Positions 26,885 to 32,000 of a DNA stretch of 32,000 nucleotides are shown here, one piece after another. Position 1 is the first letter of the stretch. Every line of letters starts with the position of its first letter. The DNA is from Candidatus Lokiarchaeum ossiferum. Its GTDB lineage: Archaea > Asgardarchaeota > Lokiarchaeia > Sigyniarchaeales > Promethearchaeaceae. Below the pieces are notes generated by a model, which worked only from the letters and a program-made list of their open reading frames with translations, was not told the origin of the DNA and did not search any database. The DNA lies in contig CP104013.1 of the NCBI GenBank assembly GCA_025839675.1, forward strand, positions 3,510,001 through 3,542,000. Reading direction: 5' to 3'. The position numbers and the translations under genes were made by a program.

Positions 26885-27412
26885 TCACCATTTTTTGTTG
26901 GCGTATTTCTTGACTAAATTTTTGACTTTTTTATCAAATTTTTTCGGCTCTTTCATCATTTCCAGCGCTGCTTTTTTATTAAATACGTCTGTTGGATTAA
27001 TATACGATCCAGCAGTGTTCAACATTGCTGTAATTGCTTGAATCACTGTAACTGCCGTTTTTGAAGGACTCCAACCTCCCTTCTTTCCTATGTAGTTTGG
27101 ATCCACTAACGCTAAGCAAATATTTCGTTGTCCTACATATTCGGTAGGTTTGGGCCAAAAATTCGGATGCCATATTGGTGTGTGTAAACGAACGAATGGT
27201 GGTTGGCTTGGATACTCTGCTGGGAATTTCATCTCAAGCCTAAATAATCCCTTTGCATAGGCTGTTCCTTTTGGTCCTACTAACAGTATTTTCAAGTGAT
27301 CAATACTTTTTTTACTGGAATCAAAAGCTTTCAATTGTTTAATTGTCCCATCTTTGTACAATTTCTTTAATCTAGCGTAATCTTGTGTAATTCTTTTTTG
27401 TCTGAGACTCAT
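26885..27412 (-). CDS. UBC-fold ubiquitin-conjugating enzyme (E2)
   Basis: GPKGTAYAKGLFRLEMKFPAEYPSQPPFVRLHTPIWHPNF...RNICLALV...WSPSKT. The HPN triad is at residues 82-84. The active-site Cys99 codon is at 27116-27118, with WSP downstream. Confidence 0.9.
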   Translation of the reverse strand: MSLRQKRITQDYARLKKLYKDGTIKQLKAFDSSKKSIDHLKILLVGPKGTAYAKGLFRLEMKFPAEYPSQPPFVRLHTPIWHPNFWPKPTEYVGQRNICLALVDPNYIGKKGGWSPSKTAVTVIQAITAMLNTAGSYINPTDVFNKKAALEMMKEPKKFDKKVKNLVKKYANKKW

Positions 27413-27503
27413 ATTTCTAAACTCTTTTTATTTATTGCTAATACTATGTTTTTATAGCTATTTGTATTTTTCAATTGTATGTTTAAAAAAAAATGAAGTT
27501 GGT

Positions 27504-28742
27504 CTATTTAAATAACCGTATAGTGACATATATTTCCCCTTCTTGAAACCCAGAAAGAGTAATTAAAGACAGTGACCGTATTTTGTTCTCCTTAGCATTT
27601 TTTTCTAAATCCAACTCTCTTAGTGAATCAAAATCTGGTACCGTCAAAATAGGTTCCATCTCTTCATCTAGATGATATCCCTTCATCTTCAAGGCATTTA
27701 TGATACATTCTAGGTTTTGGTCCTTTCGCAGATAGAATTCTTCACGCAACACATTTTTGCCACATTGAAAGCATTCGGGGTTTCGCGGCTTTTCTAAATG
27801 ATAAAATCGTTCAGTCATACCATTATAAATAATATATTCTTTGCTTGGAATTCCTAATGCCGTATTTCCCTTAAGATAGTTGAGAATTTTCAATATTTCT
27901 TGAGATTGAATGCTCGCAATTACTGCATTAATCGTAATAATACCTGGTTCATGGTGATCTATGATATTTATAACTTCTTTTACAGTAAAATCTGGTTTAA
28001 ATCCATATTTATCGACTAACTTATTCGCAAAGGATTTTAGGAATTTAATATCTTCATAATTTTGTGGATCTGGATCCTTTGCAAATTTCTCTTCATAGGC
28101 CATCGTTGCTTTGAAAAGACAATGAACTCGTTTACGGGGTATTCCAACAACAGTACAGGCGGCCATTTCATCACTTTCAGTCGACGATGTTGGATGGCAT
28201 TCATAACATGCGTTTTCAAAAGGAAAGATCGTATAAATATGACCATGATACCCATTAACTCCACCGTCTACCAAAGGTTTATTAAATCGAATTGCTTGTA
28301 GGTTTAAATTAACCCTCGCATTCATGGAATCTAATCCGCCTACAATGACATCTGCTTTCTTGAATAGAATAGGGGGCAAATTTTCAAGGGATGTATGGTA
28401 TCCTTTCAATGTAATATTAGGATTAATTTTTTGTAACATTTCCGCTGCGGCGATAGCTTTAGGCTTCGCTATATCTGCATTAATGAATAACATTTGGCGA
28501 TTTAAATTTGAATGCTCAATTACATCCAAATCAACTAGATCAATATGACCAACTCCAAGCATAGTAAGATTTTTTGCTATTTCACAACCGAGACCGCCTA
28601 CACCTGCAATCAAAACTCGAGCATTCTTCAATATTCGCTGATCCCAACCTTTTAACCGGAATTGTCTGTCATAAAGCTGGCGCTCTGATTCAGTAAGATC
28701 TTTAGAAAAGAAATTTGATTCTTCCAAAACATAATCCCTCAA
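27504..28742 (-). CDS. eukaryote-type ubiquitin-activating enzyme (E1, Uba-like) with catalytic-Cys segment and C-terminal ubiquitin-fold-like domain
   Basis: LYDRQFRL, IAGVGGLGCEIAKNL, DLDVIEHSNLNRQMLF, GGLDSMNAR, zinc pairs CYEC and CFQC, and an inserted segment with AACTVVGIP that resembles the PxCT catalytic-Cys motif of eukaryotic E1s. The ~70-aa C-terminal domain ends EGEIYVTIRLFK. No in-frame ATG exists near the 5' end, so the start must be TTG (28742 or 28727). Confidence 0.9.
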   Translation of the reverse strand: MRDYVLEESNFFSKDLTESERQLYDRQFRLKGWDQRILKNARVLIAGVGGLGCEIAKNLTMLGVGHIDLVDLDVIEHSNLNRQMLFINADIAKPKAIAAAEMLQKINPNITLKGYHTSLENLPPILFKKADVIVGGLDSMNARVNLNLQAIRFNKPLVDGGVNGYHGHIYTIFPFENACYECHPTSSTESDEMAACTVVGIPRKRVHCLFKATMAYEEKFAKDPDPQNYEDIKFLKSFANKLVDKYGFKPDFTVKEVINIIDHHEPGIITINAVIASIQSQEILKILNYLKGNTALGIPSKEYIIYNGMTERFYHLEKPRNPECFQCGKNVLREEFYLRKDQNLECIINALKMKGYHLDEEMEPILTVPDFDSLRELDLEKNAKENKIRSLSLITLSGFQEGEIYVTIRLFK

Positions 28743-28750
28743 TAATTTTT

Positions 28751-28776
28751 AAAAAAAAATAGTAATTGAAAAAAAA
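28751..28776 (-). terminator. T8 and T9 tracts in the 46-nt Ubl-E1 spacer (partial terminator/attenuator candidate)
   Basis: The minus strand reads ...ccttttttttcaattactatttttttttaaaaattaTTG. This follows the hairpin at 28792-28816. Confidence 0.35.
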
Positions 28777-28788
28777 GGAAACTATGTT

Positions 28789-29145
28789 TTATATTCCCGC
28801 AGTACTTGCGGGAATAAGTAAAACTGTATCTCCGTCCTTGACGGGATAATCCATTATGAATTTTCCTTCATCCATGGTAACTCCACCATGGGACAAGTGA
28901 AAATCGGATGGATTAACTCCAAATATATTTCCAACAGTTGTTTTAATATCTCCAACTTGATTTCCAGTGTTCACGAGTAATTTCTGCTTTTTCTCACCAG
29001 GACCAATTGTAGACATGAAGAAAACTGAAATATCTTTACCTCCTGGTGCTTGTGCCGCATTTGGTGTTTTTGAGGCAATAGCAGGGGTTTTATCTTCGAT
29101 ATCTTCATCCAAATCTTCATCTAAGTCATCAAAATCTTCTGACAT
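28789..29145 (-). CDS. ubiquitin-like beta-grasp protein with acidic N-terminal extension
   Basis: First gene of the E1/E2/JAMM cassette. The C-terminal ~80 aa (DISVFFMSTIG...KKQKLLVNTGNQVGDIKTTVGNIFGVNPSDFHLSHGGVTMDEGKFIMDYPVKDGDTVLLIPASTAGI) have the length and hydrophobic pattern of a beta-grasp Ubl and a Gly next to the C-terminus. The N-terminal ~40 aa are D/E-rich. The fold assignment is inferred, not demonstrated. Confidence 0.65.
   Translation of the reverse strand: MSEDFDDLDEDLDEDIEDKTPAIASKTPNAAQAPGGKDISVFFMSTIGPGEKKQKLLVNTGNQVGDIKTTVGNIFGVNPSDFHLSHGGVTMDEGKFIMDYPVKDGDTVLLIPASTAGI
28792..28816 (-). promoter_or_regulatory. perfect 10-bp stem, 5-nt loop hairpin over the last codons of the Ubl gene
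   Basis: tattcccgca-gtact-tgcgggaata. The GC-rich core stands out in an AT-rich context. It spans the codons for PASTAGI and ends one nt before the stop. Confidence 0.45.
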
Positions 29146-29324
29146 ATGTTTTCACTTTTTTTATTTACATTTCCTTTTTTCAGAGAAAAAAAGAAATTTG
29201 ATCCTTATCATCGTTTCCAGCTTTTTATGTGTTTAGTTTTTTCTAACCTTAACCGAACATAAATAAGGGAAGTTGGTGCAATTTATATAAGAGTAAGAAT
29301 AACTCAATCTCCAAAATTTATTTT

Positions 29325-30560
29325 GTGATCAAAGTGGTAAAGCAAAAAACTCCCGATTCTACTATTCGCGTGAAAACACCTGTTATTTCATCGAAAACTC
29401 CCTCGGATCTTGATTCAAATCAACTAAAATCTGAACGCAAAAAACTTGAAGCGGAACGTCAAAAACTAGAAGAAGAACGAAATCAATGGCAAAAAATACT
29501 TAACAAAATGCAACAATATTCCGATTCCCTTGATGAACTTGAACAAAAACGAAAAGACAAGATTGATGATATCAAAATTCTTGAGCGTGATCGGAAAAAT
29601 ATTGTTGAAGACATCGATCGTTTGAATAAATCATTCGATGAAGGAAAGAAACGACTTGACAATGTAATTTATGATCTTGAAGACAAAAATGGAGTTCTTA
29701 GACGTAAAGAACTAGAGTTGGAAGATCGAGAGAAAGATCTTGAAGATCGCCATCATCAGATTAAAAAAACCCGCATAAAAGTTCAGGATAAAATCAATGA
29801 CGCAAAAGAACAACTTGAAGATTTTGACTCGAAAAAAGATCGTCTTGATCGGGATGTCCAAAATCTTGAGCGTAAGAAACAAAATTTAATTGACGATCTC
29901 CAGAACGAAAAAGAACGTCTCAATAAAACAAATAGGGATCGAAAAGCACTAGAAAAAGAACGAAATCAATTGCAAAATGAAGTAGATCGCTTGAATCGTG
30001 AAAAAGATAGGATAAGGGATGAACGTAAGCGATTAAATCAAGAGAAAGATGATTTAAACAAAGTCCGTGATCGGATTCAAGATGAAAAAGATGCTTTAAG
30101 AAAGAAACGGAAGCAAGAAGAAGATCGTATGAACAAAATCCAACGAAATGCTGCTGATGATCTCAAAAAAACACAACAAAAACGAAAACAAGCAGAAAAT
30201 GAATGGAATAATTATCGTAAAAAAATTCCTGAAGCCGAACGGAAACTGCGTTCAATGGAGAAAAAGGTTGATGACGCTAAAGGAGATTGGAATCGTATCA
30301 AACGTGATAATGATCAATTGAAAAATGAAAATAAACACCTTCAAAATGATAATCGACGAATCAATGATGAAAAGAAACGTCTAAGAAAAGAACGAAATGA
30401 CATTGAAAATGAAAAGTCTAAAATCAAGCGATTGGAGAAAGACCTCGAGGGAAGGATGCGCAAAGTTCAAAATTTACAAAAAGATTTAGAGAATCAAATT
30501 CAAAAGGCGAAAATAAAATCTAAAACCCCTGGAATTCGGTCTAAAACTCCAGGTTGGTAA
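29325..30560 (+). CDS. long heptad coiled-coil protein with KTP-motif termini
   Basis: About 360 aa of nearly uninterrupted K/E/R/D/N/Q heptads (e.g. EVDRLNR-EKDRIRD-ERKRLNQ-EKDDLNK-VRDRIQD-EKDALRK). They are flanked by QKTP..VKTP..SKTP at the N-terminus and SKTPGIRSKTPGW at the C-terminus. The start is uncertain: GTG 29325 or GTG 29334, with no nearby ATG. Confidence 0.6.
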   Translation: MIKVVKQKTPDSTIRVKTPVISSKTPSDLDSNQLKSERKKLEAERQKLEEERNQWQKILNKMQQYSDSLDELEQKRKDKIDDIKILERDRKNIVEDIDRLNKSFDEGKKRLDNVIYDLEDKNGVLRRKELELEDREKDLEDRHHQIKKTRIKVQDKINDAKEQLEDFDSKKDRLDRDVQNLERKKQNLIDDLQNEKERLNKTNRDRKALEKERNQLQNEVDRLNREKDRIRDERKRLNQEKDDLNKVRDRIQDEKDALRKKRKQEEDRMNKIQRNAADDLKKTQQKRKQAENEWNNYRKKIPEAERKLRSMEKKVDDAKGDWNRIKRDNDQLKNENKHLQNDNRRINDEKKRLRKERNDIENEKSKIKRLEKDLEGRMRKVQNLQKDLENQIQKAKIKSKTPGIRSKTPGW

Positions 30561-30589
30561 CTTTTTTTTTCCTTTTTCTCTAACACGTT

Positions 30590-31558
30590 TTAATCCAAAA
30601 AGAGATGGAACAGATCCTTAATAACATCCAAATGGGCTAAAAAGTCCCAATTCTTGAATAAAAAAGGTTTAATTTGCTCTTTAAACATTTGAGCCCAATC
30701 ATGGTCACCCAATGCTTTTGAAATAATCGTGATATAATGTTTTAGGGATGTATTGAACAAATCAATCATAATTTCTATGTCTACATCTTCAACCTTCATC
30801 TCAAATAATTTATTTCGATTTGCTTCCACAAAGATGATCTTTTCTTTTTTCATATCTACACGAGGGATAAAGATATGCAATATTTCAAAAGTTTTTTCGA
30901 ATCCTTCCTTTCTAGACCATGTTTCAAGAATTAACGGCAACTTCTTCAAATTTAGTAAAATATATTTTAGACGCATCCCACTAAATTTATTTTCTACTAT
31001 TCTAATGAGTTTAATAAAGAGATTTTGATAAATTCCCAGTAGATCAAACATCTCACCTAAATTTGTTGATTGATAGGCTCGCTTCCATTGAAAATGGATC
31101 TTTTCGATTCTGGTATGAAATCCATCGAATTGAGTTGTTTCCTTATCCCAGAAGTCCCAAAAAATACCTTTCACTTTGTATTCATTGATAAATACCCGAT
31201 CTAAGACTTTTAATTGGGAAAGAACTAAATGATAATGACTCGGTTGGTCCGTAGCGGCCACATATAACAAGTTTGCCTCAGAATTAATGTAATAAACCCA
31301 ACTTAAATTTCCCATGTTCACCGATTCAATACCTTGGTTTCCCATTTTCATCTCACTGAATTGATTTAGGGCTGATAGCAATCCGGAAATCATTATTCCG
31401 TCTAATTCGCCATCTTGGGAAAAATCATGGTAGAAAATGTTCAATGATGAGTTTTTCTCAATGATCCAGAAATGTTTGATTTGAAATGATTTGATCACTT
31501 TAACCTCATTTCTCAACTTTTTATCTGATTTTTGATGAAACGCCTCATCATATTCCAT
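30590..31558 (-). CDS. hypothetical protein; the N-terminal ~130 aa have a longin/roadblock-like alpha-beta pattern
   Basis: Apparent strand-strand-helix-strand-strand-strand-helix pattern: HFWIIEK / LNIFYHDF / DGIMISGLLSALNQFSEM / IESVNMGN / LSWVYYINSE / LLYVAATD / HLVLSQLKVLDRVFINEY. The C-terminal ~190 aa look helical. This is pattern recognition only. Confidence 0.4.
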   Translation of the reverse strand: MEYDEAFHQKSDKKLRNEVKVIKSFQIKHFWIIEKNSSLNIFYHDFSQDGELDGIMISGLLSALNQFSEMKMGNQGIESVNMGNLSWVYYINSEANLLYVAATDQPSHYHLVLSQLKVLDRVFINEYKVKGIFWDFWDKETTQFDGFHTRIEKIHFQWKRAYQSTNLGEMFDLLGIYQNLFIKLIRIVENKFSGMRLKYILLNLKKLPLILETWSRKEGFEKTFEILHIFIPRVDMKKEKIIFVEANRNKLFEMKVEDVDIEIMIDLFNTSLKHYITIISKALGDHDWAQMFKEQIKPFLFKNWDFLAHLDVIKDLFHLFLD

Positions 31559-31860
31559 AGGTTATTTAAAATATTCATATATTAAAAATACCACTTTTTT
31601 GTCATCTGGACCAATTTTGGTTTTGAAGAAAGGTTTTTAATGAAAAGATAATTTAATGGGGTTAATTTGCAGTGATTAAATTTTCATTATTATAAATAAG
31701 AAGGAATATCCTATGAATCGCACAAAATCGATAAATTCTCATTCTCACACTTTATCGTTACGTGGATTTTCTCTTCTTGGTTTATTACACTTGCAATTGT
31801 TAGTTCTTCTTCTCTTATTATAGTGGCCTCTTAGATTCTTGGCTATTATAATCCATCTTT

Positions 31861-31905
31861 CTTTTGAATCTAAGGGGCCGCTGTTGAAACATTAGAATTC
31901 AAAAG
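31861..31905 (+). promoter_or_regulatory. imperfect 13-bp inverted repeat with 18-nt GC-rich loop upstream of the ORF at 31923
   Basis: cttttgaatctaa-ggggccgctgttgaaaca-ttagaattcaaaag, with one bulged A. The right arm runs into a GGAG ~14 nt before ATG 31923. Confidence 0.3.
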
Positions 31906-31922
31906 GAGATTTTAGACAAATT

Positions 31923-32000
31923 ATGACCCAAAATAAAAATATTTCAGTTTCCCAAATGATGGAAAAGATGCAAAATCAAATGAATTTGCCTCCCCACGCC
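31923..32000 (+). CDS. 5' end of an ORF running off the window (26 codons visible)
   Basis: ATG preceded by GGAG. MTQNKNISVSQMMEKMQNQMNLPPHA resembles a motif in the 1852-2202 protein. Too short to call a product. Confidence 0.3.
   Translation, partial: MTQNKNISVSQMMEKMQNQMNLPPHA

Noticed and set aside
31713-31823. 36-codon ORF (MNRTKSINSHSHTLSLRGFSLLGLLHLQLLVLLLLLL)
   Set aside because: It is too short, its hydrophobic tail is low-complexity, and there is no ribosome-binding or promoter signal I can defend.
1-32000. Scan for tRNA, rRNA, CRISPR arrays and long direct or inverted repeats marking mobile elements
   Set aside because: No spacer holds a GC-rich cloverleaf-sized segment or regularly spaced repeats. 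The only long DNA-level repeat is the coding 3' segment shared by the tandem paralogs.

Overview
AT-rich, densely coding window. It looks archaeal: T-tract terminators, TATA-like boxes about 25 nt upstream of start codons, and N/K/I-rich proteins. The gene content fits an Asgard (Loki-like) archaeon best, but that is inference, since no rRNA or tRNA marker is present. I support 29 CDS and found no rRNA, tRNA, CRISPR array or clear mobile element.

The main feature is a co-directional minus-strand cassette (29145 to 24772). It encodes a ubiquitin-like protein, a eukaryote-type E1, a UBC-fold E2, a JAMM/MPN+ isopeptidase and a polytopic membrane protein ending in a RING-like finger. An MFS transporter follows, and a T11 tract ends the unit. 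A heptad coiled-coil protein is transcribed divergently from the cassette. It shares a rare (S/V/Q)KTP motif with the N-terminal extension of the Ub-like protein.

Other notable items:
- A leaderless all-Cys finger gene is interrupted by a single in-frame TGA at a predicted metal-ligand position.
- A small HTH gene sits upstream of a tandem pair of membrane zinc-ribbon paralogs whose C-terminal tails are nearly identical.
- A HEAT-repeat protein is fused to a carbon-nitrogen-hydrolase-like domain that lacks the nucleophile Cys.
- A 5'-truncated NPPY DNA methyltransferase is translationally coupled (TAATG) to a second, ThiF/MoeB-type E1-like enzyme.

The remaining genes are housekeeping or accessory: uvrC, two MFS transporters, an M24 peptidase, a SAM methyltransferase, a multi-PAS histidine kinase, a ketopantoate-reductase-family protein, YjbQ, patatin and PAP2.

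All calls rest on motifs read by eye from the translations. No database search was run.
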